Below are positions 20,265-31,029 of a DNA stretch of 64,000 nucleotides, one piece after another. Numbering within the stretch: the first letter of the stretch is position 1; every line of letters begins with the position of its first letter. This stretch comes from a virus: IMG/VR virus record IMGVR_UViG_3300030098_004514, positions 7,277 through 71,276 of that record, one strand, 5' to 3'. Made by a program: the position numbers and the translations under genes. The notes below the pieces were generated by a model. The model saw only the letters and a list, made by a program, of their open reading frames with translations, was not told the origin of the DNA and did not search any database.

Positions 20265-23200
20265 ATGCTTGAAGATATATTAGATGAAAATTTAGAACAA
20301 GAAAATATTCTTGAAACCGGAACTGATGTTACTGGAGATAATTTATTGCTTGAAGAAGAAGAGACTGAAGAAAACAAGTATAAAATTAAAACAGATAAAG
20401 ATGGTAAGAAAACTGCTTTCCAATGGAAAACCGTTGCCGATATAGAAGAAGAACAATTTGGTACTAGAAATACTGATCCAGAATGGGTTAAAGAACAAGC
20501 GGCTAAAAAAAGAGAAGAAAATAAATTTGTTGTATATCATAAATTTACATCTGGAGATGATCCTGAGGTAGAACCTGAAACTAGTGATTACTCACCTTCT
20601 TTAATAAAACCAATAAAGCGAAATTTTAAAGATGGAGAGTGGAGTGTTGGTAAATACCTTGATGAAGATGATAATATTGAAAATAAAATTATAAAAGGAG
20701 AACCTTATCATTATAACGGTATAACCACTGTGGAGTATGAAGATGGTACGACACAGCATTTTAAAACAGAAGATTATCAAGCTAGAACAAAAGACACTGA
20801 AATATTGGGTGTTGAAAAAGATGATGTAACTGGAGAAGTGCTACTAAAAGGCGGTAGTGAAAAGTGGAAGGTGGGAGGAGAAACGCTTATGACGCTACCT
20901 GACGTTCAAATTACAGACATTAGAACAACAGAAAATCTTGCTAATTTGAAAAAAAGATCATACGCGCCTATAACTAAAGACGAAATAAATAATGCCGCTG
21001 AAGAGTGGGAACAAGGTTCTATTTTTACTGGCAACGAAGAAGAGTCTATTAATCAAGCAACAAAACTATTTGGAGGTTTAGGGATAACCTTTGAACCGGG
21101 CACTCATACTGGTGATAATTATATTAAAGTAAGATTACCAAATGATGAGTTATTAGATTGGTCATTAAAAGTTGGTGGAGATAAAGAACAATCAATAGAG
21201 CAATATAAAAAACTTACAGAAAATTTAACAAAAAACCACCTTCATAAACTAGAGCGTTTTAAGTATATTAATCCAACTGATTATGATAAACAGTATATAT
21301 TTAAAAATGCTAATTTAAATCTAAATGAGGTAGTTAACTATGACGAGGATAGTTACGAAGATTGGTTGAATCAATTACTACCAAATTCTCAATTTTTAGG
21401 CGAGCAAAGAGGAGCGGGTGATGCTTATAAATATGCGATACCTAATATTGGTAGCGACGGCAAAGTAAAAACAACAAACTTTGATGTAAATTTACAACCA
21501 AATATAGATATAACAGGTGATATAGCAAGAGCGGCTTTTGGTGGTGGTGAAAACACTGTTATTCAATACGGTATAGTACCAGCTCTTAAATATGCAGAGT
21601 GGAGACATGCTAATCCTCGAAGAGCTGCTGTTTATACAGATTGGACACCAAATCAGGGTAGCGATGGACCTATCTCAAGTGGCGAAACAGTTAGAGAGAT
21701 AAAAAACTTGTCTACTCTTAATAATGTATATAAAGAAGCTGTTGGGATGGAAATTTTAAGTACTGGGTCATTTCCACCTACTTATGTTGTTAAAAAAGAC
21801 GGTAAAGAAATATTTAGAGGTAGCAGTGTGTATTCTACTGCGGGTGTTGATAGTTATGTTTCAACAGACGGTGAAGTAAAAAATTATAGAAACAACATAC
21901 AAGATTTTATGACCAATTATGATTGGTCTGCTGAAGAACTTCAAGCTTTAAGTTTAGCTAGAAGTAATGCTGTAAAAAAAGTAGAGGGTAATAGAAATAA
22001 AACCAACTTTGATTTAGCATACGATAGGGAAAGTGAGTATACAAACCTAGCCGCTGCAAATAATTATACAGAAACAGAAGCCCTACCTATTCACGAAAAA
22101 GCAATAGATAACGCTGAGCAAGATTTAATAAAGGAAGGTATAGAAAAGTTTGGTATAATTGATGACGAAGGTAATATAACACAACATGGAAGCTACTCAG
22201 CTACTGGAGAACTTTTAGGTGAAAACGCTAAGAAACTTATTGAAAAACACGGTGGAAAACTAGAGTTTAGCGAAGAATTAGAAGCTTATGTATTTAGTAC
22301 TGAAACTGATGATCCAAAAGTACGTAAAGAGTTTACTGAAATGTCTAAAGCTTTAAATGGTTGGTATCACCAGTATTCACAACAACTTAATTTACATAGA
22401 GATGCTTTAACCGATATACAAGACAGAAGATTAGGCCTTCAAGATCTTTACGATGCTTCTGAAAAGAAGACGACTGCTTTGATGAGAAATTACAACCCAG
22501 GTGCTAAAATGGCTTATGGTTGGCAGAAAAGTTGGAAGCAACTTGGTTATAATATTGTTGGACTTGTTGCTCCTAGCGTTACTAAAGACGCGTCTGAAGA
22601 GTTAGATAAAAGATACCAAACAATGTTTGCGCCACAACTTACTTTTGATCGCGCTATGGAAGAAGATAGATTTTGGGAATACGCTGGTAATGTTACTACT
22701 GAAAACGGCGCTATTACAACTCTAAGTATACTTACCGCTGGGGCTGGTTCACTTTTAAACGTTGGTGCGAGAACTATACAATGGACAATTGGTGGTATTG
22801 CTGGTGTTAGTGCTGGTGGGCAAAAAAATATTGAATTAGCAAATATAGCTGATGAAATTAAAAATATAGAGGATAATTTATTACCGCAACTAGATCAACT
22901 TTTAGCAGATGAAAAAATAACTCAAGCTCAATATGACGAAAAAAGAACAGAATTAGAAAACTTTATAGATGATAATACGTATAGCGCTCTTCAAAGAACT
23001 ACTTCGGTTTTAGGTGCCACCATTTTAGAGGGTACCGTAACAGCGACAATGGGTGCTAGAAACTATACTAAATTTGGTGAAAATGTTCTTAACCCTACTA
23101 AAAACTTTGTTAAAGATCTAACTAGGGGTAATTGGAGAGCGGCTGGAAGAGCTTTAAAACAAACGGGTGGTGGTGTAGGCTTAGAAGTAGGTGAAGAAGA

Positions 23201-26200
23201 ACTTATATATTTTGGAGACGCTTTAATGGATTGGAAGATTCTTGATAGAAAATTCGACATTAGTCAATACGAAAAAGTCGGAATAGATGCTGCTATTGTA
23301 GCTGGCCCAATGGTAGGTAGTGGGGCAACGTACTCCACTGTTATGACTCAAGTTGCTAATAAAGATATTAGAAACGAAATTAACGATGTAAAAAATAATC
23401 TTTCAGATATACAAAAAAGATTTAGAAAGCTAAAACGCACTGACATAGATTACGAAAAAGAAAAGAAAATGTTGATGCGTAAAAAGCAAGAGCAATTTGA
23501 TAGATTAGGATTAAAGATCGATGAGGTGGAGCTTATGAGTATGTCTTTAGATCCTAAAGATTTAGACATGGTTCTTTCTTCTGGTTTTATACTTGATAAC
23601 TTGAATCTTCAAGCTGGTATAGACCCACGTTTTGACAATAATAAGAAGAATCAGCTTTTAAAAAAATACGTTGGAACATTAAGTAAAGACAAGGCAAAAA
23701 ACTTTATGGAAAAGTATAATAACGCTATTAACGCTAAAAAATCTGCTTTACGTAAAATGGGTGGTTTTGATCTTACCGTAAAAAGAGTTTATGGTGAGCA
23801 AGCCCAAACAATATTAGATGATTTAATAAAAACAAACCCAACATTAAAAGACGCTGATTCTAAAGAAAAAGCCTTAGCTATCCATAAAGAGTTTAAAAAA
23901 AGATTAAATGATAGTTATATAAATAAAGCTAGAGCAAATCCGTATGTTGTGGATATGGTACAAAGAAAAATTTACGGAAGTAAATACGATCCAAATAAAA
24001 AGGGGAAAATACGTTATAAAACAAAAGCAACTATTCAAGCTGAAAATGATTTATATTCTCATATAGGTAAACAAATATCTATGGATATAGATAAAGCTAT
24101 TGTTATATCCAAAGAAGAAGGTAGATTGGCTTCAGAAGTACTTAGAGATATTAGATTAAAAGACCTTAATTTAACAGTGGCTCCAGATGATGGTGTATTA
24201 CAAGAAGAGGTTATGCAAGCTTATGATGACATGGCTCAACAAGATATTGATAGATTAAAAAAGAAAAATATTTCTAAAGAAGAAATGGAATCATTGTCGG
24301 GAATAATTAAAGCTAGACGTGATGCTGAAGCTCAACAACATATTGATGCTCTTAGAAACAACGAATTAAACGCTATAATTGTTGGTGGTAAATATATAGT
24401 TAAAGATAAAAAAGCTGCTGATAAAGCTCTTGAGCAAGGATATTTATTAGCTGGTACCGCTATATCACATGAAGTTGGTCATGCTATAGATTACTTAGCG
24501 TTTGATGAAGCTGGTGTTACAAATTACGGAAAAAATCTTCATAATTACATGGAGAAAAACTTTCCTGAAATACATGCTGAAGCGCAAAGAATTCAAGCTG
24601 TAATTGGTAACTTTGACGCTACAAACGGTGAAATGCCTAGAGGAGAAAATAAATATTATGATGAATACAGTAAAGAAGTTCAGAGTCAATTTATATTGAA
24701 TAAAAAAGATAAGAACAAACTATACAAATTGTCTTCTAACGTAAAGGGTTCTTTTGGCGCTATGATTGATAGATTTACAGAAAAAGGTGAGGGTTTTAGA
24801 ATAGACAATGATAGAGACGCTGCTATGTATCTATCTAGTTTTTTAAAAGGATTTGAGAATGGTGAAATAGGTAAACTACAAAAAAGAAGAATAGATTATA
24901 GAAAAAGACGTGGTATAAAAAGAGAAGATACGGAAACTAAGAAGTCGTCTAACTTACAAACTATGTTAGATACAGATTATGATGGTAATGTTAGAAAAAT
25001 GGGTAGAGATGCTATCTCTGTTGATCCTCAAGGTAAAAAACTAGAAGGTAAACAAGCTTTTGATTTAATGAATTCTAAATTAGGTCAAGATATAGGACCT
25101 ATGGTTACCGATATAACAAAAAAGTTATATGATCCTATAATTGATAAAGGTGAGTTAACCAGGCAAGAATATCAAAATGCTTTAATAGGTATAGCTTCAG
25201 AAATAATTAGAACTGAAAATTTTGATCCAACAAAACAAGATTTAGACAAATTTGTTAGTAGTAGATTATATTTTAGAGCTAATGCTTTGGCTAAACAATT
25301 AGGCGTGCCGCAAGAGTTTTTAAAAGATATAGATAATATAACTGATCCAACGGTAGATCCAGACGAAGATATAGATATAGCATTGGATGAAGAAGCTAGA
25401 ATATTAAATGATTTTGATATAGCTCTTGAAGATGGTTTAGTTGATGCTGAAATTACTGCTGAAGTAGAATCTTTAATAGAACAAAATCCAGTTGATTTAG
25501 AAAAACGTATGGAAAAACTTATACTAGGTGATATACGTAAAAAACTTGACAACGCTATTGGTAAAATTGCTAAAAATAAAGAAACTGGAATTGTTGAACC
25601 AACAGCAGAGTATGAGACATTTATTAGAGATGAATTTAACGAAATAATAAGTAGTTTAGATATAAAAACAATAAGAACATCTTACAAACCATTTTTTAAA
25701 CAAGAAAAAACAGGTAGAAAAGATTATAAAAACATAGATCCTGTAACTGGTAAGGTTAGTAATTATAGAAAAGATACTTTTATAAACACCGCTAGTAAAC
25801 CAGATTTTATAAAATATTTTACACAAGGTAAACCAAATGTTTTAAGAGAAAGAAGAACAGGTTTAATAAGGCGTATATCTAAAAGAAAAGCTGATATAGC
25901 TATAGATAACTATATAGAAAGAAATTCTAATAACATTGATGCGGTAGTAAAAGCAAAACTTAGATCAATAAGTAGAACTGCTGAAAATATACAAGACGAA
26001 CAAACAAGTTTTGACTCTGTAAAATACAGCACACAAGTAGAGACTCGTATTAATGATTACATGAAAGATGAGGTGGATGGTAAACGAAGGTTTGCTAATA
26101 GAGGACAAGCCTTAGAGCAAGTTATAATAGACATGCTTAGTGAGTATGGTTTCCCTGTTGAAAGATTAAAATTAAGAGTAAGCACTCAAACAGAACAAGG

Positions 26201-29200
26201 TGGATTAGCTGATATAAATCTAGAGGTATTTGGAGAGCCTTTTAACATAGAGGTTAAACTAGATGAAAAAGTACCTATGGGTAGTGTTCTGGTTTCTAAT
26301 TATGATTTAAATTACCGTAATTTTACTTTAGCAAAAAGCGCTATTAGATTACCTTTTAGAGATATGTTAGACATGGTTCACGATGATATAGTTAACCTTA
26401 AAAACGTATACAACGAAAAAGTAGAAGCTTACAATAAGAAGAATGGTACTAACGAACCATTAATGTCTGACAATCCTATTGGTCATCGTATGGTTGAATC
26501 TATATACAACGAATTAGTTAAGGAAAAAGTAACAGGTGCGATTTTTAGTAATAGTACATTTACTAGTCCCAACGCGCAACCTTTAATCGATCATTACCAA
26601 GGTAAAACTAACGTTGTTGGCAAGGGTAAAAATAAAAAAACTATATCAGCGCCAGTTGATGCTATAGAAATATTCGGCATGGGACTATATTCTTTTGTTC
26701 CAAACTCTCCTCTTGGTACAAACGCCCCTTATATATTAAACATGGCTAGAGTGCAAACAGGTATAAGGGTAATGAACTCTGGTAGAATAAAAAGCAAGGG
26801 CAAAGTGGTTACTAACAAAGCTGGCGATGGGTATATAAGATTTAGTTTACAGTTTCAAAATACATTAACTGATCTTAAGGCTCCAAAAAATCCTATTAGT
26901 CTTACTAGACAGCAAGATATGACACCTATTTTTGGCGCACCAGTAAAACAAAATCTAATGCCAGAAGTTACTTTAGCGTCTAAAAACGCTAGAACAACTA
27001 AAAAATATCATATCAATCCAAGAGGTATGAGTACTTTTGATTTTGATGAAACGTTGATTATAGAAGGTAAAAACTTTATAGTTGCTAAAGACCCGATCAC
27101 TGGTGAAGAAACAAAGATAAGTAGTGGTAATTGGCCTTTAGAAGGACCTAAACTAGCAGAGCAGGGTTATACTTTTGATTTTAATGATTTTGTAAACGTA
27201 AGAGGTGGTGTTGATGGACCATTATTACAAAAAATGAAAAACCAAATAAGTAAGTTTGGACCTGAAAACGTTTTTGTTTTAACAGCAAGACCACAGGCTA
27301 GCGCGCCAGCAATTCACGGTTGGTTAGATTCTAAAGGCATTAATATACCTTTTAAAAATATAACTGGTTTAGCTAATAGTACTGGAGACGCTAAAGCTGA
27401 ATGGATGTTACAAAAGTTTGCCGAAGGATATAACGATATGTATTTTGTTGACGATGCTTTACCTAATGTTGAAGCCGTTAAAAGTGCTTTAGAACAATTA
27501 GATATTAAATCTGATGTGCAACAAGCTAGAGTTAAATTTAGCAAACAATTAGATCCTACTTTTAACAAGATACTTGAAGAAGTTGTGGGTATTGATGCTG
27601 ATAAAAGATTTTCTGCTATAAAAGCTAGAAAACGTGGTGAAAAGAAAGGTAGGTTTAGATTTTTTGTACCACCATCACACGAGGATTTTGGAGGTTTATT
27701 GTACAACTTTTTGGGTAAAGGTAAAAAAGGTAATGAACATAGAGCTTTTTTTGAAGAAGCTTTAATAAGACCATTAAATAGGGGTTATAGAGAGTTAGAT
27801 ATAGCTAGACAGTCTATAGCTAATGATTATAAAGCTTTAAATAAAAACTTTCCAGAAATTAAAAATATCTTAAATGAAAAAATACCGGGTAGTGATTTTA
27901 CAAATCAAGATGCTATAAGAATATATTTATGGAATAAACACGGTTATAACATTCCTGGGCTAAGTAAGGTTGATCAAAAGAAACTAACTGAACATGTCAA
28001 GTCAGATGAAGAAATGCAATCTTATGCCGAGACATTAAACACAATATCAAAGCAAGAAACATATGTAAATCCTACTGAAGGATGGGATAGTGGAGATATA
28101 AGAATGGATTTAGATGATGCTACTGGAAGAGTTGGTAGAGCTGAGTTTTTTAGTGAGTTTACTGAAAACGCAGAAGAAATATTTTCTGAACAAAATTTAA
28201 ATAAGATTGAAGCAGGTTATGGTAAAGACGTTAGAAGTGCTTTAGAAGATATGCTGTATAGGATTGGTACTGGTAAAAATAGACCAAAAGGACAAAGCGC
28301 AACAGTAAATAGATTTATGAACTTTTTAAATGGTTCTGTTGGGTCTGTTATGTTTTTAAACATGAGATCTGCTTTGTTACAGCAAATGTCTATTGTAAAT
28401 TATATAAACTTTGCCGATAATAATATATTTGCAGCTGCTAAAGCTTTTGCAAATCAAAAGCAATATTGGACTGACTGGGCGTATATATTTAACTCTGACA
28501 TGCTAAAACAAAGACGTGGCGGAATTAAAACAGATGTTAATGGTGCTGAGCTTGCTGAAACTATTAGTAAATCAAGGTTTCCAATGAGAAGCTTAGTGAG
28601 AGAATTGCTGCAACTCGGATTTAAACCTACACAAATTGGTGATAGTATAGCGATCGCAACTGGTGGCGCGACATATTATAGAAATAGAATTAATAGATAT
28701 CAAAAACAAGGACTAAGTAGAAAGGATGCTACGGAAAAAGCTTGGAATGATTTTCAAGATACTACTCAATCCACCCAACAGTCATCTAGACCTGACATGG
28801 TATCTCAACAACAAAGCTCTTGGAAAGGTAAAATAATATTAAACTTCCAAAATATTACATCACAATATAATAGATTTGGTAAAAAAGCAATGAGTGACAT
28901 TTATAATAGAAGAATATCACCTCCTTACACAACACAACTACAAAGTGACATTGGTAATGCTTCTAAAATAGCTTTTTATTTTGGAATACAAAATATGATT
29001 TTTTACAGTTTACAAACAGCGTTGTTTGCCATGATGTTTGAAGACGATGAAAACGAAGAAAGATGGTTGAAGAAAAAAGAAAGAGTTATCAATGGTAGTA
29101 TTGATTCGATATTACGTGGAAGTGGAATAGGTGGAGCTGTTTTGTCTACTTTAAAAAATATGGCTATTAAATTTGCTGAGCAAAGAGGGAAAGGTTATAA

Positions 29201-29915
29201 TCCAGATGAAAGTGCTGTATTAATGGAAATGTTAAACTTTTCACCAGTAGTTGGTATTAAAGCTAGAAAAATAACAAACGCTGAAAAAACATTATTTTAT
29301 AATAAAAATGTTATAAAAGAAATGGACACCTTTGATATTGACAATCCTATGTGGTCTGCTTATACAAACTATATAGAGGCTGGAACAAATTTACCTCTTA
29401 ATAGATTATATAACAAAACACAAAATGTAAGACAAGCTTTAAATAACGAGCATGAGGCGTGGAAAAGGGTTATGATGTCGTTTGGATGGAGTCAATATAA
29501 TCTAGGTATTCAAGATGATACTATTAAGGAAGTAAAAGAAACTATAAAGCGAAAGAAAAAGATACAAAAAGACAAAGAAAGAGAGCAAAAAAAAGAGGCT
29601 AAAATAAAAGAAAAATATCCTAATCTTAATAAAAAAGAAATACAAGTTAAATTAAAAAGTAAGGAAATGTTTAGTTTAAGTAAAGGAGAGCAATATTTTA
29701 TATTAAAACAACTAGGTCTTTCTGAAACACAAATTCTTAATCTTAAAAAAGAACAAAACAGAGCTGATAAAATAGCTGAGTTATATGAAAAAAATCAAAA
29801 GTTGATTGATGATTTTATGAAAAATCCAAAATCTATGGAAATAAAAAAACAAAAAGGATTTGGTGATGGTAAATATAAAAGAAAAACATATACTAGAAAA
29901 TCATATACTAGATAG
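20265..29915 (+). CDS. Giant polyvalent virion (ejected) protein with zincin, sigma-region-2-like, PD-(D/E)XK and HAD domains
   Basis: 3216 aa. HEVGH at 24468-24482, sigma-2-like segment at about 25070-25310, AD...IEVK at 26208-26258, and HAD motifs FDFDETL, LTAR, K and FVDD at about 27030-27455. Confidence 0.7.
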   Translation: MLEDILDENLEQENILETGTDVTGDNLLLEEEETEENKYKIKTDKDGKKTAFQWKTVADIEEEQFGTRNTDPEWVKEQAAKKREENKFVVYHKFTSGDDPEVEPETSDYSPSLIKPIKRNFKDGEWSVGKYLDEDDNIENKIIKGEPYHYNGITTVEYEDGTTQHFKTEDYQARTKDTEILGVEKDDVTGEVLLKGGSEKWKVGGETLMTLPDVQITDIRTTENLANLKKRSYAPITKDEINNAAEEWEQGSIFTGNEEESINQATKLFGGLGITFEPGTHTGDNYIKVRLPNDELLDWSLKVGGDKEQSIEQYKKLTENLTKNHLHKLERFKYINPTDYDKQYIFKNANLNLNEVVNYDEDSYEDWLNQLLPNSQFLGEQRGAGDAYKYAIPNIGSDGKVKTTNFDVNLQPNIDITGDIARAAFGGGENTVIQYGIVPALKYAEWRHANPRRAAVYTDWTPNQGSDGPISSGETVREIKNLSTLNNVYKEAVGMEILSTGSFPPTYVVKKDGKEIFRGSSVYSTAGVDSYVSTDGEVKNYRNNIQDFMTNYDWSAEELQALSLARSNAVKKVEGNRNKTNFDLAYDRESEYTNLAAANNYTETEALPIHEKAIDNAEQDLIKEGIEKFGIIDDEGNITQHGSYSATGELLGENAKKLIEKHGGKLEFSEELEAYVFSTETDDPKVRKEFTEMSKALNGWYHQYSQQLNLHRDALTDIQDRRLGLQDLYDASEKKTTALMRNYNPGAKMAYGWQKSWKQLGYNIVGLVAPSVTKDASEELDKRYQTMFAPQLTFDRAMEEDRFWEYAGNVTTENGAITTLSILTAGAGSLLNVGARTIQWTIGGIAGVSAGGQKNIELANIADEIKNIEDNLLPQLDQLLADEKITQAQYDEKRTELENFIDDNTYSALQRTTSVLGATILEGTVTATMGARNYTKFGENVLNPTKNFVKDLTRGNWRAAGRALKQTGGGVGLEVGEEELIYFGDALMDWKILDRKFDISQYEKVGIDAAIVAGPMVGSGATYSTVMTQVANKDIRNEINDVKNNLSDIQKRFRKLKRTDIDYEKEKKMLMRKKQEQFDRLGLKIDEVELMSMSLDPKDLDMVLSSGFILDNLNLQAGIDPRFDNNKKNQLLKKYVGTLSKDKAKNFMEKYNNAINAKKSALRKMGGFDLTVKRVYGEQAQTILDDLIKTNPTLKDADSKEKALAIHKEFKKRLNDSYINKARANPYVVDMVQRKIYGSKYDPNKKGKIRYKTKATIQAENDLYSHIGKQISMDIDKAIVISKEEGRLASEVLRDIRLKDLNLTVAPDDGVLQEEVMQAYDDMAQQDIDRLKKKNISKEEMESLSGIIKARRDAEAQQHIDALRNNELNAIIVGGKYIVKDKKAADKALEQGYLLAGTAISHEVGHAIDYLAFDEAGVTNYGKNLHNYMEKNFPEIHAEAQRIQAVIGNFDATNGEMPRGENKYYDEYSKEVQSQFILNKKDKNKLYKLSSNVKGSFGAMIDRFTEKGEGFRIDNDRDAAMYLSSFLKGFENGEIGKLQKRRIDYRKRRGIKREDTETKKSSNLQTMLDTDYDGNVRKMGRDAISVDPQGKKLEGKQAFDLMNSKLGQDIGPMVTDITKKLYDPIIDKGELTRQEYQNALIGIASEIIRTENFDPTKQDLDKFVSSRLYFRANALAKQLGVPQEFLKDIDNITDPTVDPDEDIDIALDEEARILNDFDIALEDGLVDAEITAEVESLIEQNPVDLEKRMEKLILGDIRKKLDNAIGKIAKNKETGIVEPTAEYETFIRDEFNEIISSLDIKTIRTSYKPFFKQEKTGRKDYKNIDPVTGKVSNYRKDTFINTASKPDFIKYFTQGKPNVLRERRTGLIRRISKRKADIAIDNYIERNSNNIDAVVKAKLRSISRTAENIQDEQTSFDSVKYSTQVETRINDYMKDEVDGKRRFANRGQALEQVIIDMLSEYGFPVERLKLRVSTQTEQGGLADINLEVFGEPFNIEVKLDEKVPMGSVLVSNYDLNYRNFTLAKSAIRLPFRDMLDMVHDDIVNLKNVYNEKVEAYNKKNGTNEPLMSDNPIGHRMVESIYNELVKEKVTGAIFSNSTFTSPNAQPLIDHYQGKTNVVGKGKNKKTISAPVDAIEIFGMGLYSFVPNSPLGTNAPYILNMARVQTGIRVMNSGRIKSKGKVVTNKAGDGYIRFSLQFQNTLTDLKAPKNPISLTRQQDMTPIFGAPVKQNLMPEVTLASKNARTTKKYHINPRGMSTFDFDETLIIEGKNFIVAKDPITGEETKISSGNWPLEGPKLAEQGYTFDFNDFVNVRGGVDGPLLQKMKNQISKFGPENVFVLTARPQASAPAIHGWLDSKGINIPFKNITGLANSTGDAKAEWMLQKFAEGYNDMYFVDDALPNVEAVKSALEQLDIKSDVQQARVKFSKQLDPTFNKILEEVVGIDADKRFSAIKARKRGEKKGRFRFFVPPSHEDFGGLLYNFLGKGKKGNEHRAFFEEALIRPLNRGYRELDIARQSIANDYKALNKNFPEIKNILNEKIPGSDFTNQDAIRIYLWNKHGYNIPGLSKVDQKKLTEHVKSDEEMQSYAETLNTISKQETYVNPTEGWDSGDIRMDLDDATGRVGRAEFFSEFTENAEEIFSEQNLNKIEAGYGKDVRSALEDMLYRIGTGKNRPKGQSATVNRFMNFLNGSVGSVMFLNMRSALLQQMSIVNYINFADNNIFAAAKAFANQKQYWTDWAYIFNSDMLKQRRGGIKTDVNGAELAETISKSRFPMRSLVRELLQLGFKPTQIGDSIAIATGGATYYRNRINRYQKQGLSRKDATEKAWNDFQDTTQSTQQSSRPDMVSQQQSSWKGKIILNFQNITSQYNRFGKKAMSDIYNRRISPPYTTQLQSDIGNASKIAFYFGIQNMIFYSLQTALFAMMFEDDENEERWLKKKERVINGSIDSILRGSGIGGAVLSTLKNMAIKFAEQRGKGYNPDESAVLMEMLNFSPVVGIKARKITNAEKTLFYNKNVIKEMDTFDIDNPMWSAYTNYIEAGTNLPLNRLYNKTQNVRQALNNEHEAWKRVMMSFGWSQYNLGIQDDTIKEVKETIKRKKKIQKDKEREQKKEAKIKEKYPNLNKKEIQVKLKSKEMFSLSKGEQYFILKQLGLSETQILNLKKEQNRADKIAELYEKNQKLIDDFMKNPKSMEIKKQKGFGDGKYKRKTYTRKSYTR

Positions 29916-29944
29916 TAAAGAATTAAAAAAATAAGTGATTATAT
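29915..29944 (+). promoter_or_regulatory. Late/middle phage promoter (class L)
   Basis: GTAAA-GAATTAAAAAAATAA-GTGATTATAT directly before the ATG at 29949, so the transcript would be nearly leaderless. Confidence 0.7.
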
Positions 29945-29948
29945 AACA

Positions 29949-31028
29949 ATGGTGAGAAAATTAATAATATTAATACTATTTATTTCAAATATAGTAACAG
30001 CGCAAACTTTTAATAATGAAACGGTTGGTAAACTTTTAAAGTTTTCTACTTTTTACGCTGCTGTAAACGGTGGAACATCATTGTCTGATGTTGACGTATT
30101 TTCTGTAGATAATGGTTTATCTACACAAACTATCTCAACTCCTTATGATTATAATTTTACCATAGGTTTACGTAAGATAGCTAGATTTGGATATGAAAAT
30201 AAAGCTCAGACTTTTTATGACGGAACGGAATCTAATTACAGTGACGCGGCTACTGTTGGTAAAGTTAAAGGGGTTGAGTATTTATTTGAAGTAGATTATA
30301 AAAGACAAGAAGGCAAAAACTACATGGATCAACACCATTTTATTAGATTTAGTTCTGACGAGGGCTGTCCAGACGAGTTGTGTGTAAACTTTTTCGCCCT
30401 AAAGTTAGAATACTTAGAAGATGGTTTTGCTGATGTAAAATATTTTGAAGCTTCAGAAAGATATAGACATAGAGATGGTAAACATTTATCCTGGAATATA
30501 GGTTTAACACACCGCTTGGCAGAACCTTACGGTTATGATCCGCTAGACGAATGGATATTAAGCAACGGTAATATACATTATACTTATTTAGCATTGCAGG
30601 AGGGTTATGAGGTAGATGTGTATAGCAACGAGTATTATGACCCCAACGGTAATATTGTAGCAACTAGTGCTGAGGTGTGGGAAGCTGTTGTTATACCAGA
30701 AGTATTGTCTAATTACACAGAAAAGAAAAGAAACGAATTAAAAAAAATAATACAACACTCTTTAGTTGTAGGTTTTGATTACTATAAATATTCTAAAAAA
30801 ACATGGTTACACGCTTGGGGTAGTTTAATGCCTTATCACTACGATGATGGTAGTGAGTTTAGTTATCATAATTATGTTGATGGACAGTGGTACGATTATT
30901 CTGGCGGTTTAATATATGGCGTTAAAGTAAATAAAAATTTAGGTTATTTTGTAGAAGGTAAATATAACAAGTACTGGAATAGAGAATGGTACGATTTTAA
31001 ATTAGGATTAAATTACACAATTTTTTAA
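29949..31028 (+). CDS. Putative outer-membrane beta-barrel protein
   Basis: Signal peptide ending VTA-Q, aromatic-rich alternating strands, and C-terminal KLGLNYTIF (Bam-type beta signal with terminal Phe). Confidence 0.65.
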   Translation: MVRKLIILILFISNIVTAQTFNNETVGKLLKFSTFYAAVNGGTSLSDVDVFSVDNGLSTQTISTPYDYNFTIGLRKIARFGYENKAQTFYDGTESNYSDAATVGKVKGVEYLFEVDYKRQEGKNYMDQHHFIRFSSDEGCPDELCVNFFALKLEYLEDGFADVKYFEASERYRHRDGKHLSWNIGLTHRLAEPYGYDPLDEWILSNGNIHYTYLALQEGYEVDVYSNEYYDPNGNIVATSAEVWEAVVIPEVLSNYTEKKRNELKKIIQHSLVVGFDYYKYSKKTWLHAWGSLMPYHYDDGSEFSYHNYVDGQWYDYSGGLIYGVKVNKNLGYFVEGKYNKYWNREWYDFKLGLNYTIF

Positions 31029-31029
31029 A

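Noticed and set aside
29320-29350. DTFDID near the C-terminus of the giant protein (and NDFDIA near 25410) as a crAss-type RNA polymerase DFDID active site
   Set aside because: Neither is a true DxDxD in a double-psi beta-barrel context. FDFDETL at 27036 is better explained as HAD motif I.
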